In this document: positions 11,077 to 27,737 of the stretch, piece by piece
Layout of the letters: each line of letters starts with the position of its first letter
Numbering within the stretch: position 1 is the stretch's first letter
Origin: the human T2T-CHM13v2.0 reference genome, Homo sapiens
Direction: 5' to 3' (one strand)
Assembly (NCBI RefSeq): GCF_009914755.1
Contig: NC_060935.1
DNA length: 64,000 nucleotides
Position numbers and translations under genes: made by a program
Notes under the pieces: generated by a model
Database searches by the model: none
The model's input: the letters and a program-made list of their open reading frames with translations, nothing else
Told to the model about the DNA's origin: nothing

Positions 11077-13058
11077 TGCATTTCATACACACACACACAC
11101 ACACACGTATATATTTAATTTCTTTTTAATTGTCTTTAATATTCTTCTTTACAAATCTTCATGAACACTCCTTAGTCCACTTATCTCCACTAATATCTTT
11201 ATAAAATGATAACTAAAGAGTTCAACATAGTATCTATGAGTATGGCTGACAGAAAAAGACTGAATAATCTCATGGGCATAATTTTCTTTATAACTATCCC
11301 ATCAGGGAGGAAAACTGGACTTATTTCTTGTTGAAATCCACAGTGACTATCTCAATATGCTATTGGCCATGACAACCAGCCTGCAATAAGATTTTCTAAG
11401 GGGAAACTGCTCAAGTTTCTTTTAGAAACAAAATGACATCTGCAAATTTACTGACACATTTAGTAACATACATAAAACAACACTTTTTTTTTTGTAAAAT
11501 AGCAATCCCATTTGAAAAAGGAAATGTGGTAGAAAAAGGTGATCAAATATTGCAATGTGCAAAGCACTATGCTACAGGCAGAGAGGAACAGAACACAAAA
11601 AAAACTGCTATCCCTCTTCAACATATATAGCAGATTTGTCTGCCAACATAGTAGGTAACATGATAAACTTAAGAAAGTTGTTTGGGACTTTGAAAATTCA
11701 GAAAGACTTCATAGAAATTGTGACATTTGTGCTAGACTTTGCAGGATTTTAATTAGTGCAGAAGTGTAGAATGGGAGGAAGTGGAAAAAATGTAATCATC
11801 AGGCTTGGGAAATATTCAGATTAATCAGAAAATGAGAGAGCCACCGTAACAGGAGTTCGGTGGGAGATGAGACTGGAGATAAGACTGAGGCCATGTGGAG
11901 GTAAGCAGCGGCTGCTAACGGCATCCATTCCAGTCTTAAAAGCTGTTTCCCAGGAAAGCAGGACACTGATAAAAGCTGAGTAATTCAACTTGACTTCAAA
12001 AAGCCTTTTGAAGCATTAGCAGGCAACCCAATCAAGTGATAGAGTATAAATTATGGACCAGAGTCTTTCTTCTTTTTCTTCAAGAGATAAATTAATAAAA
12101 GGGTGCACTTCCACCAGAGGAAAGAGGAAGGATTCCTTTTATGATCCCAGAGTAACTCCTTGCATTCTCATCTTACGGTAAGACAAGACTCCAGAGTAGG
12201 ATTTTAGGTTTGTAGCCCCCCAGGGATGTACAAGACATAATTTTTACCTGCATGACGGTCTGGGTTAATAGTTATTCTTAAATTTTGCTATGTTGTTCCT
12301 TTCACAGCATTTCAAAAAGGCATTGGGTTTAGTGTCTATTTTGCCTCTGAAGTTGCTTCTCTGGCTGTCTTTCTCTCCCTTCTCTTTCTTCCAGTCATTT
12401 TGTTATTGATCACGCTCTGCCTCTGGTTTTCTTGTTCAGAAACTGCTGCAGTTGACCTACCCTTGCCATTGATGTTTATTTTAGGTGTGGCTTCAGGCTG
12501 CAAGCTCCTTGGAGTTCCTTTGGCTGGACTGTTTAACTCTCATGGAGACTTACACATGCTTTTGTTATTTTCAGACGTCCTATGAAACAGGGTCTCACTG
12601 TTTCTAATTCTCCTTGTGTTTGCTTGTCAAGGAACTTGGGACAAGTTCACAGTAGAAAGTTCCTGGCAATTTGATGTTTTCATACTCAGAAGTTGTTTTC
12701 ACACTTACACTTAGAGGGAGGAAAGGCATCATTTGTTTCTCTACTTACCTATATCAGTAGTTGTCAAACTATGGTGCCAATGAATCAACTTAAGAGTTCT
12801 TTTTAAAATGTAAATTTGGTCCAATATTTCCTAATATTACAACTTATCAGTACTGATGTAAACATTTGGTTGAATATCAGTGTTAAAAACCTTGGATGAT
12901 TTTTTAAAGGTGTTGTATTTTGAGAAATACATATATAGAATGTAAGTTTTCTTGTTCTGATCCATGGCCAGCATCTTCACAGCTCTCATTAGACCTTGTT
13001 CAGCCATCTCTTGAACAAAGCATTTCTTATTGTACCCTTCCTACACCTCTCAGACCAC

Positions 13059-13563
13059 TGAAGAAAACCGGCATTTTTCACCTCAGAATATGGCTTGTTG
13101 ATGTAAATATTGCTAAGGTGAAGACAATTAAGAAGCAGTAGAGGAAGGGCTATTTCTATCCTCTCCTTCCTTTCCTGTGTAAAGACAGAGAGATAAATTC
13201 TTCCTTACTGGAGACAACTCTTAGCTCTGATATGGCACAAAAGAAATCTACAAACAAACCTCACCTCATTAGTTCATTCCTGTGTTCTTCCTACAATTTT
13301 CTGACTCTGGAAGCATAAGACTGCATTCCATATTCTTGTCACCTCTCTAAAATAATATTGTTCTTTGTTAAAGATGCTATATAAGCCTGAGTTCTAAGTC
13401 ACTACTTTTGAGTTATCCATCATTAAATTTTCTCCTGTGATGTGCACTACATGTGTTAATAAACTTGCTTGCTTTTCTCTTGTTAATCTGTCTTTTGTTG
13501 CAGGAGTCTGTCCAAACTACAAACTTATGAGGGCTAAGAAGAAATTATATTTTCTCCCTGACA
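13059..13563 (+). mobile_element. MER34-family solo LTR (ERV1), TSD CCAC/CCAT
   Basis: TG...CA ends; tatataagc TATA; ttaataaacttg..ttttctcttgttaatctgtcttttgtt is typical of MER34. Confidence 0.75.
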
Positions 13564-14219
13564 CCATCCTCATAATTTAACAAAACAAAATAATCTATAG
13601 TGGAATACTAAAGATGTTGTGACATCATAAGTACCTGCTTTGGGCCACATGTAGCAATTTTAACATAAATTAAAAATCTCCCCCAAAAGGATTTTATGCT
13701 TTAGTATTACTTGCTACAGGGAGTTCCAAGCCACATTTATACCTCTCTGCCTCCAACTCTTGCTATATAAGGACTCATCCCAAGCACATTTACATAATCC
13801 ATATCAAAGACAATCAGGTATTAAAAATCAGGACTTCCTGATCAAAGCTTCTTCCTATATGTAACCAGTAATATGGAAGAGCAACAAAATAGAATTGTAG
13901 AGAGAGAACAAGTAGACTTCCAAGAATATTCTCATTGTAATGAATGTATTTTCGCTATGTATCTTTTGCATCTTTGCCAGGAGTTTTTGGAACTTACCAG
14001 CCTCAAAGAAGGGAGAGATTTTGCACTCTGTGACAAGGTCTTCCTTCAGGAGTTTTGAGAGCCAGTGGGATGACTTGAGCAGATACACAATTAAAAACAC
14101 TCTGCTTGATACATACCATCAAAGCAAGTGAGAGGACATTTTAGATCACAGAAAGAAAAGTGGTATTGATGCTGAACAGGAACAAATAAATTAGACAGAG
14201 TATTTGAAGCAGAAGAGTA

Positions 14220-15173
<954 letters not shown>

Positions 15174-15427
15174 TGAGAAAGTCCCAATATTTCTGCTCTT
15201 TCACCTCTTGCACAACCACATTGCCTAAGCCTCTCAATCATACAATTTTTGCCAGAATTCTGAATGCTTAGGAAATGTTTTGGAGAACCCATTAATAGCA
15301 GCTTCAATGTAATCCTAAGTATTGTTTCTCTGCCCAGCCTCCTGAGTTTCCATGAGTCCTACCTGTTTTCCAATCATAGTTCTCCAGTTATTCTGTATCT
15401 ATTGAAATCTATGAGCACACCAGTTCC

Positions 15428-15474
15428 TACACACACACACACACACACAGACACACACACACACACACACACAC
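15428..15474. repeat. (CA)n microsatellite
   Basis: Directly visible. Confidence 0.97.
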
Positions 15475-17714
15475 TTCCTTGTGATACTGAGAGCATTATT
15501 TCTATTACTTGTGACTAAGAAATCTGTCTCTTAAATGTGTAATTCCCAGGTTTTAGAGTAAGGACTTGAGTAAAGAAACTTGCAATAAATCCTCCAAAAG
15601 TATCCTAAAGTCTCTGGGCTTTTGATGCTGCTAGCTTGAAAATTACTGAAGAAATTTGGTCTATTTTTATTTCTGCCACAGACTATTACTTATACAAAAG
15701 CCTTAAGGGGGTTTCTCTCGGCTAAAAATTTTATTGAAAACACAAGATTCATTCTATTATAATCTTCATCCTGATCATTTCGTTGTAAGAAGTCCAGTAG
15801 CTGTTGTTCTCTACTGATGTCCCTGATCATAGGCTAAATGTAAGGAGAAAAATGAGGATATAAAATGTCCATTGGATGAATTTCTATATATTCAGTTAAC
15901 CATTTTTTTGGTAGAACATTTTTTTGCTTACATATTTTATACTAGTATAAAATATTTGAAACTTTTTTCCTGGAATTCTCACTTTCTACATTATATTTAG
16001 GTCCATTCTTAGGAAGTGGTAACTCTGAAGTATCTGAATGCAATTTAAAATATTCAAATATTTCAAATATATTGTAAAGTTATTTTCCAAAATGTTTATC
16101 CAGATTTACAATTTTTTTAGTAATGTTTACAAAATTTCTTTCAATATTCCATAACTTTTCCTGTATATTTACTTAAATTTTTAAAAATGAATTTGATATA
16201 AATTTATATCTCTTTGAATTTAAATTACTTTTGTCACTAATGAAGTTGTCAACCATCACAATTTCCTTTATGGAAATGGTTAATGAATGACCTTAAACCA
16301 CTAACATAGTTTTCTTTCATCTGGTTTTCCAATCCTAGTTTTTATAATTTTGTAATCTCTCCTACCAACTTGCTACCATCAGCCAGTTATCATATTTACC
16401 TGATTCCAGAAATCACTCTTCTGTACATTTTGCTGTAAACTTGAATTCATCCCCCCTGGCCACTTCAGTCTTGATTTAATTGTGAAAAAGGCTTTTCCAG
16501 GGACCCTGAGTTCTAGTATAAGTTATGCAACTTCTGGTCTACCTCTGAAGACTCATCAGGCCGTCTTTAAGTCAGATTCTGAGATATCCTTCAGCAAAGA
16601 GCAAGGTTCCCCAAATGTATTTAATCACAGAATTGTTTGTGATGTTATTTCTATGAATCTTTCATAGAGCCAGTATTCCCTATAAACTACAGTAAAAAAA
16701 AAATGTTTACTAGCATCTGGAGAAAATATTTAACACCAAATTTGATAAAATCAAGGTAAAAACATTTCTCTAAGAATGACTGACCCACATTTGGAATGAG
16801 CTATATGTACAACATGCTATGCAGTTACGTTAGGAAATAATTTCCCCAAACTATAATAGTATACAGTGATGTCTGCATAAGATTACCTTTCCAATTGTAA
16901 TCTAACCTTGCTAAGGAACTAATGTAAACTATTAGTTCCATTTGACTCTGGTTGTATGTGGTTATCTTCCTTTACTTATCTCTCATTCCCCTCTGTTTTC
17001 ATCCCCACACCACCTGTTATCCCCATGCTCTGACTTCTCCCTGCATGTTATGTATATTGTCCGGGTTCTGATTTCCTTGTATGTGTCAGACACCATCCTT
17101 CTCAATATCTCTCTACATTGGGCTATCAATTTCTTATATTAGAGTAGTTATTCTTATCGGTGAATTTTTCTCAGTCTTTACTTACAATTACTGCAAATTC
17201 ACCTTATATACCAGTGCTAGTCTAATTCAGTATTGTGATGAAGGAGGTTTGTTCTTCTAATATGCTCTGCACAATGTTTGCTACTAATTATGGGTACTTA
17301 TATCCATCTGGAATGATTTCACGCTGTATTTGCTTGCTCTATTTGCTGCTGTCTCAGCTGTATTACCTAATCTAAAAGCTTTGTTCCCTGCCCTGGCTGT
17401 AGCAGCTCAGTAGTGCAACTATTAAACCATTCAAGGGGATTAAAATATTTTGGAAAATTAAAGAGCATATTTAAAATGTTAATTACCTATCACTTCTTCA
17501 ATAGTCCTCTCTTCCTGTGTGTTTTCATCCACCATTTTAAACTCAACAAAATGGAGAGCAATTTAGGCATATGGAAGGAGTAGAAGCACTTATGGATTTT
17601 TTTTAATCAAACAGTAAATCTAATATTTTAGGAAAATCCTACACCCTGTGGGTTTTAGTTTAAATTCCAGTATCAGTGACATATGACTATATGGCATATG
17701 CAAAATTTTGCTTT

Positions 17715-17925
17715 TTTTATTTACAAAGCATTTGCACATTCTTTGTTTCCTCTTATTCCCACAGCAACAGAGTCAAGAAGCATACATTACAGATGGAGAA
17801 ACCAAGGCTTAGAAATGTCACAGTACAGATATGCCCATGGTGACAGCTTGTAAATGGGAGACTTTAGACTAGAACATACATCTTGTGAATTCTGTTTTAC
17901 ATTTTTCCCTCTGTAACACTCTATC
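17715..17925 (-). mobile_element. MIR
   Basis: ttacagatggagaaaccaaggcttaga...cccatggtgacagcttgtaaatgg, MIR core. Confidence 0.75.
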
Positions 17926-18674
17926 AAATAAAAATTGAAAATGCCTTGATTTTGACTGTAAGGAGAAACACTATTAGAAAAAAATTTTCTCTTGTTCTTG
18001 TCTAATCAGCAATGTACAGTGCACACCACAGGAGCAGCTGGAAATGCAATTAAGACAGATGTGATAACAATTCATTCACAGACTCTAATGCTTTCAAACC
18101 CCAGTGCTAGTCTAAAAGCACAGATCACAGCAGGCAACACAAGAAGAATAAAATGTGGTCACAAGAATTGAGCAAGTTGTAAGTCTTGCAGAATTTTGAA
18201 AGTGAAATGGTATTTAGTAATTTCAAAATCCTACCTCTATCATGAATTCCTTATGTAGTAAATATTTTTCAAATTTTTGAAATAATTAGAAGAAAGTACA
18301 TTCAGGATCACAGATCATTTATATATAATAAGCCCAGCATAAGTCAGAATGGTAGGGTGACAAAAATGTTGGCCTTTGGAGTCTGTGTGAATTGTTGCAT
18401 TGTCATTATATGAAAAGCCTTGCTCAGTGTTCGGAGCAGCCATTCGCTAAGTATGACTTTCCTCCCTTTTTCCTTCAGATAACCCTTTGACTTCAGATAT
18501 TATTTGATTCATTAAAAATAGCTTAGTGAACCTTCTCTGATAAATTGCAGGCACTGAGGAGAGATGTGTCAAAATAAACATCCTCATGGGTCAGAGGTGG
18601 CCAAGCTTAAACTGAATACTTGAGGCCATGCTCTCACACTCCTTATTATTTGGGAGACAATTACAAGAAGATGA

Positions 18675-18875
18675 GAAAGAGCCCAGGGCCTGGGTTTAGA
18701 TAATGATCTACATTTTATCTCTGCCTTTGAAAAGCTGTGTGACATTGAACAAGTCCCTTGAGTTCTCTGAGTGTCAGTTTAGTTAACTTGTTTGTTAAAT
18801 AGAAAAACTACATCTTGCTAGCTTTCTTGCAGGGCTGTTAAGAAAATTGTATAAAATAGTAACTGTGAAACTTAA
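18675..18875 (+). mobile_element. MIR
   Basis: agctgtgtgacattgaacaagtcccttgagttctctgagtgtcagttt, MIR core. Confidence 0.75.
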
Positions 18876-19054
18876 CTGGTTTTAATGATTCTGTAGATCT
18901 TCCTCTTGAGCTCTAACACCTGACAGGGATTAGCAACCATAGAAAAAAAAGATCAACCATCCTGCAGATACTGTAGAATAACTATTAATGGGAAGAGATA
19001 CAGTAAGATAGACTGTGAGATAATTAATTTCTCTCCATTTATTCTTCCAGCTTT

Positions 19055-19572
19055 ACAGTGGTTTTAAAGCTTGTGTGTGCGTAAGACTCACCTGGGAACA
19101 ATGCTAAAATGAAGGTTTTTGGGCCACATGGCTAGAGATTCTCATTTGCCCAATATGGCCTGGGACCAAGATTCTGTTTTATTAACAAGTACCCTAGTTG
19201 CTTCCTGGGAAGGTGATTCGAGGGCCCCTGTCAGGTTCCAACCTGAGCTGGGGTCCAAGGGGAGTTGGTAGATGGGTGGCGGGCAGTTGAAAGAACACTC
19301 AGGGGGCTGTAGGCAGGTGAAACATGGCTTTATTATATGCCACCTCTCACAGTGTCGGTGAGACATTTATGGACCTCACAGGCAACAGTGGCTCAGAGTC
19401 AGGTGATGAGCCCACCCATAACATGGTTACATAACTGATTATATAATGCACAGGACTGTATGCCTGCACTCCAATCCCACTGTGCCATGCTGCACCGGAT
19501 GTTGACCTCGGCCTGTACTTGACTGCAGCACAGCCATATCCCTAATAGCCCCAGTGTAAGAAATATTGACTA
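19055..19572. mobile_element. MER5A (hAT MITE) split by an LTR
   Basis: cagtggttttaaagcttg...actcacctggg...ttaacaagtaccctag; ends agtgtaagaaatattg after the LTR. Confidence 0.65.
19229..19547 (-). mobile_element. Solo LTR18-like (ERVL) LTR with 5-bp TSD GCCCC
   Basis: GCCCC at 19224-19228 and 19548-19552; the reverse strand starts ..agggatatggctgtgctgcagtcaag and contains AATAAA. Confidence 0.75.
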
Positions 19573-19837
19573 AGTCCTTCATCTGTGATACAAGTACTTT
19601 CTCATCACATGGATAAGTGCCTTGGAAACAACACAAGAGTTCTTAACTGATTCCTTGCAGACTCATGGAGTGTGGGGCACTTGTTGAACTAATGTTAGCT
19701 GCTGAAAAAGATGCTTCTCATGCATTCTGCTAATTAACGTTATTACTGAAAATGTGTTATTTACCCCTTTTCATTTTCTATTTTAAGAGTTAAGATCCAG
19801 TTCCTCAATTGGGATGAGAAAAGAGTGATGAACTGTG

Positions 19838-22040
<2,203 letters not shown>

Positions 22041-23587
22041 GCATCAAATAAATATCCAGGATTAGAAATATGTAATACTATAATGTGAAGTGCAGAACCC
22101 TAGCTATCATACTTGCAAAATGATCATTGTGTTATCTCTTTCATAAGATTGTTAGGAGAAGTACAAGTGATAAATATGCCTGAAAATTGTCTGATAAAAA
22201 TTCCTGCAACTTTTCAAGTAAACAGTCTTGTATTTATTTGTACTACTAGTGAATATTTTATAAATCATTATTCGTGAGAGTAAGTCATTAACTCTCTGAT
22301 ATAGATCTTACTATATGCTAAGGTATGTAGAGAAAGTTGGATAAGAAAAAAATCAACCTCCAACTCTAAGCTTTAAGACTCTCTTAAAAATATGTATTTT
22401 TTAATTTTATGTTTTAAATTTTTATGGGTACATAGTAAGTATATATATTTGTGGGGTACATGAGATGTTTTAACAGAGGCATGCAATGTAAAGTAATCAC
22501 ATCATGGAAAATGGGGTATCCACCTCCTCAAACATTTATCCTTTGTGTTACAAACAAACCAATTATACTCTTAGTTATTTTAAAATGTACAATTAATTTA
22601 TTATTGATTATTGTCACCCTGTTGTGCTATCAAATACTAAGTCTTATTCAGTTTTTCTAACTATATTTTTGTACTCATTAACCATCCCCACCTCCCTCTC
22701 ACATCACTCCCACACCCCAACTACTCTTCTCAGGCTGTGGTAAGCATCCTTCTACTGTCAATCTCCATGAGTTCAATTGTTTTAATTTTTAGTCCTCACA
22801 AATAGATGAGAACACGTGATATTTGTCTTTCAGTGCCTGGCTTATTTTACTTAATATAGTGACTTCCGGTACCATCCATGTTGCTGTAAATAACAGGATC
22901 TCATATTTTTTACGGCTAAACAGTACTCCATTGTGTATATATACCACATTTTCGTTATCTCTTCATCTGTTGATGGACACTTAGGTTGTAATTTATCTTT
23001 TAGTCTTCCTACTTGGTAAGAGTAACTTACACATGATAGTTACGGTGTTGTAATATTCTGTGTTTTTTTTTTTTTTTTTTGGTGAACTTACAATTACCAG
23101 TAAGTTTTGTACCTTCAGGTAATTATTGTACATTAATGCCCTTTTCTTTCAGATTGAAGAACTCTCTTTAGCATTTCTTGTAGGACAGGTCTGGTGTTGA
23201 TGAAATCCCTCAGCTTTTATTTGTCTGGGAAAGTCTTTATTTCCCCTTCATATTTGAAAGATATTTTTCACTGGGTATATTTTCTAGGGTAAAAAGTTGT
23301 GTTCTCTCAGCTCTTTAAGTATGTCATACCACTCTCTCCTATCCTGTAAGGTTTACCCTGAAAAATCTGCCACCAGGTGTATTGGAGCACCTTTGTATGT
23401 TATTTGCTTCTTTTCTCTTGCTGCTTTTAGGATCCTTTTGTTTTCCTGGACCTTTGGGAGTTTGACTATTAAATACATTGTGATAGTCTTCTTCGGGTTA
23501 ACTTTACTTAGTGTTCTATAACCTTCTTGTACTTAGCTATTAATATCTTTCCCTAAGTTTGAGAAGTTTTCTGTTATTATCCCTTTT

Positions 23588-24728
23588 AGTTTTTATTTTA
23601 TTTTATTTTTAATTTTTATTTTAGTTTCAGTTCCGGGACACATGTGCAGAAAGTACAGGTTTTTTACGTAGGTATACCTGTGCCATGGCGCTTTGCTGCA
23701 CTTATTGACCCGTCCTCTATGTTCCCTCCTTTTGCCCCCCACACCCTAACAGGCCCTGGTGTATGCTGTTCCCCTCCATCTGTCCATGTGTTCTCATTGT
23801 TCAACTCCCAATTTTGAATGAGAATGTGTGGTGTTTGGTTTTCTGTTCCTGTGGTAGTCGCTGAGGATGATAGCTTCCAGCTTCATCCATGTCCCTGCAA
23901 AAGACATGATCTAATTTATTTATTTATATTTTTATTTATTTATTTATTTTTGAGATAGAGTCTCTGTCACCCAGACTGGAGTACAGTGGCTCAATCTCAG
24001 CTCACTGCAAGCTCCGGCTCCTGGGTTCACACCATTAGCTGGGACTACAGGCGCCCACCACCATGCCCGGCTAATTTTTTGTATTTTTAGTACAGACAGG
24101 TTTTCACTGTGTTAGCCAGGATGGTCTTGATCTCCTGACCTCGTGATCCACCCGCCTAGGCCTCCCAAAGTACTGGGATTACAGGCGTGAGGCACCCTGC
24201 CCAGCTGATCTCATTTATTTTTATTGCTGTGTAGTATTCCATGGTGTATATGTACCACATTTTCTTTATCCAGTCTATCATTGATTGGCATTTTAGTTGG
24301 TTCCATGACTTTGCTATTGTAAACAGTGCTGCAATAAATATGCATGTACGTATGTCTTTAGAGTAGAATGATTTATATTCATTTTGCTATATACTCAATA
24401 ATGGGATTGCTGTGCCAAATGGTATTTCTGGTTCTGGATCCTTGAGGAATCGCCACATTGAATTCCACAATAGTTGAACTAATTTACATTCCCACCAGCC
24501 ATGTAAAAGCATTCCTATTTCTCCACAGCCTCACCAGCATCTACTGTTTCCTGACTTTTTAATAATTGCCATTCTGACTGGCGTGAGATGGTATCTCTTT
24601 CTGGTTTTGATTCGCATTTCTCTAATGATAAGTGATGTTGAGCTTTTTTTCCATATGTTTGTTGGCCATTAATATGTTTTCTTTTGAGAAGTGTCTGTTC
24701 ATATCCTTTGCCCACTTTTTGATGGGGC
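23588..24728 (-). mobile_element. 5'-truncated L1PA (approx. L1PA8-10) nested in the L1MA
   Basis: T-rich tail, L1PA 3'UTR and reverse-strand ORF2 C-terminus. Confidence 0.9.
23914..24205 (-). mobile_element. AluY with a ~22-bp internal deletion, nested in the L1PA
   Basis: AluY diagnostics (gcaagctcc, ttagccaggatggtc). ctcctgcctcagcctcccgagt is missing after caccatt. TSD tgatct(a/c)atttatt. Confidence 0.95.
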
Positions 24729-25701
24729 TGGAAAGGGAGCCTCACAATTTTTACTGGTGCCCTATTCTGTGGCTGAGCTTGTATCCAAGTTGCAAGACAA
24801 AGTCCTCTTTAATCTACCCTCTCCTCTCCTCATACAGAAGGAAGGGTCTCTTTTCAGCTCCTGAAGTGTGCAGTCTGTGGTTGAGAGAGGAATGGCACAA
24901 GCACTTTCACAGCTACCCCAGCTGGTGTCTCAGTATGTCACATGCTCCCCATGTCCACCGTCTCTGAGCCCAGCTCAGCAATAGGGCTTGCCTAGGAGTT
25001 GTAGTCCTTGTGCCCTAGACTTCCTTTCCAATTTATTTAGAGCCCCAAAGCACTTTAGGCCATGGTGGTGATGCCTGCCAAAACTCAAGGTTGGATTGCT
25101 GGCATAGGTGATTCCCCTCTGGCTAGGACTGGTTTAATACTCCCCCCATGGGTAAACATCTGCTGAGTTCAGCCCAGTGTTGCTTTCTGCTGTGACACTG
25201 AGTTTAGTGCATTGTCTCACAATTGCTGCGCTCTCCCTCTCCCAAATTTAGACTCTCTCCACGCCATGAGGCTGCTGCCAGGGCATGGGAGAGGGGTGGC
25301 ATTGGTAATTCAACACTGTTTTCCTACTTCTTCGGTGCCCCTTTCAGTGATATGAAGTTAAAACTAGGTACTGTGAATGCTCACTTGATTTTTGGTAAGA
25401 AAGTGAATTTTTGTGTAGAGAGTTGCTAAACTGGTGTCTTTGTTAGGGGGACGGTTGGTGGAGCATCCTGTTTGGCTATCTTGCTCTGTCCCTTTTCTAG
25501 AACTTGCATTTCTGAGTACTGAGGTGATACTCATGCTATTGGCCCAGAGAACACATTTTGAGATTCACTGGCTTACAGGAAGAAAGTCTCTGTAGAATTT
25601 ATTAGATTAGCAAACTTGCTGTGGGTTGAGATCTCTTAAGGCTGTAGGTTGTCTCCAATTCTCTACACGTGTTAGATTATAAATTTCTAGATGGTGAAGA
25701 A

Positions 25702-25752
25702 TGTGTGTGTGTGTGTGTATGTGTATGTGTGTGTGTATGTGTGTGTTTGTGT
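25702..25752. repeat. (TG)n microsatellite
   Basis: Directly visible. Confidence 0.95.
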
Positions 25753-27239
25753 TTTGGAACTCGGATGTTTTACCCAATGCTAGACACCTATTAGCTGCTT
25801 CAAATTTACTTATTTATTTATTTTGTTTTCTTTTTCTTCCCTCTGGCACTATTGCAGGCAGTAATATGTCCTTTCAAATGTATCTGTACTATGGAAAGCA
25901 CTTTGTAGACTCATAGCATGGCAATAATTGCTGCACACATGCAATTTTGGGAAGAAGACAAGAATTCAATTTGTATGAATCTGGGCTTTGGAGACAGAAG
26001 ATCTGATGTAGGTCAAGAACAGGGTTTGAAATTTGGCTTTGTTTTTTGGTTGCCAGGTAAGCTTAAGAGATTCACTTAATCTGTCTGTGGTATATGAATT
26101 TAATTATTTGTAGTAATCATAACTTATGAGGTTATTTCAAGTTTTAACAAGCCAGTACATTTAAAGTGAAATTATGTTATTTTTAACTCAACTGAGATGC
26201 CTTTGGTTTAGCTGAAGGAAAGTAAGAGTCATGCTTGATAAAGATATTTTAATAAAAAGGAGAGACTGAGTAATTGCCAAAAAAAAAAAAAGAGAGAGAG
26301 ACAGAACATTCGTCTTAGCAAGAGAAGTTTGATAATGAAATAGAGATAAAGTTAGGTCTGAGTATTTGTCTGCATCTGCAAGGATGGATGAGTCATGTCT
26401 AAAGAGGGACAATAGAGGTACACCTTTGCATGAGATCTTTATGCTCAAAGTTAAGGCTCGTGACTTTGTCTACCTGAGATGTAAATGAGCCACTTGAATA
26501 ATCAGAGGAAGTTGAAAGTATTCTGATTACTCAAATATTCAGAGAAAAGTAACATTTACTCACCACTTCTGGCTGGGAACACAATGTTAGGAGTAGAAGT
26601 CCAAATGTTGGATCATATAATGAAAATAACCATCAAAAATTTCAACAGAAATACAAATTCAAATGGAATAAAGTGTTTGTTAATAGTCATGATATTTTCA
26701 ATAAAATGAAATATTTTTACAAGTGTAATATTAAAATTGCTGTGAATAGATTTTATAAAATTTTTATGAAGACCAAAAAAGAAAAATACAATTGTATAAA
26801 TTTTACTTTTTAAAAATATGTATACTTGTAAAATATGTGCATATAAAATCATTTCTAATAACCTATTTATTTAATGTGTTTATTTGTTTTATTATAGCAA
26901 ACAACAAAGTGAATATTCATGATTTTATTTGTTATCTGTTACTCAATTCCTTATTTAATTAGATCTTAAATTCTTAGCTATGAATCTGCTCTTTTAGGAG
27001 CTTTCAGATAGCTCTCATTGGTATCAGGTCGCTTCATGTAATTAAAGGCAGTTTTATTATAATTTTGTAAAAATATTTTTATTAATACCACCTCTGTATT
27101 CAGTCATAGTGATATCACTTCTCAATGAATACATATCTTACATGAGAGGTCCAACATACTTTAAATAGTTAATATATTGTCTATTGTTCTGTAGATTTTG
27201 AGATGAGAATTTTTTAAAGTTCACAAGGTTTGTATATTT

Positions 27240-27737
27240 ATTTTTAGTAATCTTTTTAAAAGAATTTTGGAGAAGTTTTAGGTTCACAGAAAAATCAAGT
27301 ACGGAGTTCTGATATGCTCCTTTCTCTCACACACTCACATCTTCTTCACTCAACATCCCACACCAAAGAGGTACATGTATTACAATCAATAAACCAACAT
27401 TGAAACGTCGTTATCACCCCCAAACCATAGTTTACATTAGGATATGCTCTTGGTGTTCTACATTCTGTACATCCTGTGTGTTTAGATTAATGTATAATGA
27501 CATGTATCCATCATTGTAGTATTATACAGAGTAGTTTCACTAACATAAAATTCCTTGCTATGTCTATTCCTTCCTCCCTCTTAACCTTCGGTAAGTTTCG
27601 CTTTTTTCAAAATGTTGTACAGTTAGATTATAATAAGCATGTACCCTTTCATATGGGCTTCTTTCAGTTAGTAATATGCATTTATAATCCATCCATGTCT
27701 TCTCATGACTAGGTAACTCATTGCTTTTTAGTGCAAC
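27240..27737 (-). mobile_element. L1MC-like 3' end
   Basis: gttttaggttcacagaaaaa..atagtttacattagg..tgacatgtatccatcattgtagtattatacagagtagtttcac. Confidence 0.7.

Larger units (their letters stand above)
22395..25495 (-). mobile_element. Old L1MA-type element: 3' end (22395-22988) joined directly to inter-ORF/ORF1 sequence (22989-23587); 5'UTR at ~24729-25495
   Basis: L1MA 3'UTR, then reverse-strand ORF1 text (gaaaaatctgccaccagg..tttcctggacctttg), then an L1M 5'UTR ending ttggctatcttg. Confidence 0.7.

Noticed and set aside
11895-12600. Isolated splice-like motifs (GAG|GTAAGC at 11900; acceptors near 12394, 12484 and 12574)
   Set aside because: I could not pair them into a coherent exon with a LUZP2-like or otherwise recognisable frame.
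26495-26533. 12-bp imperfect hairpin tgaataatcaga / tctgattactca
   Set aside because: Short enough to occur by chance in 64 kb of AT-rich DNA.
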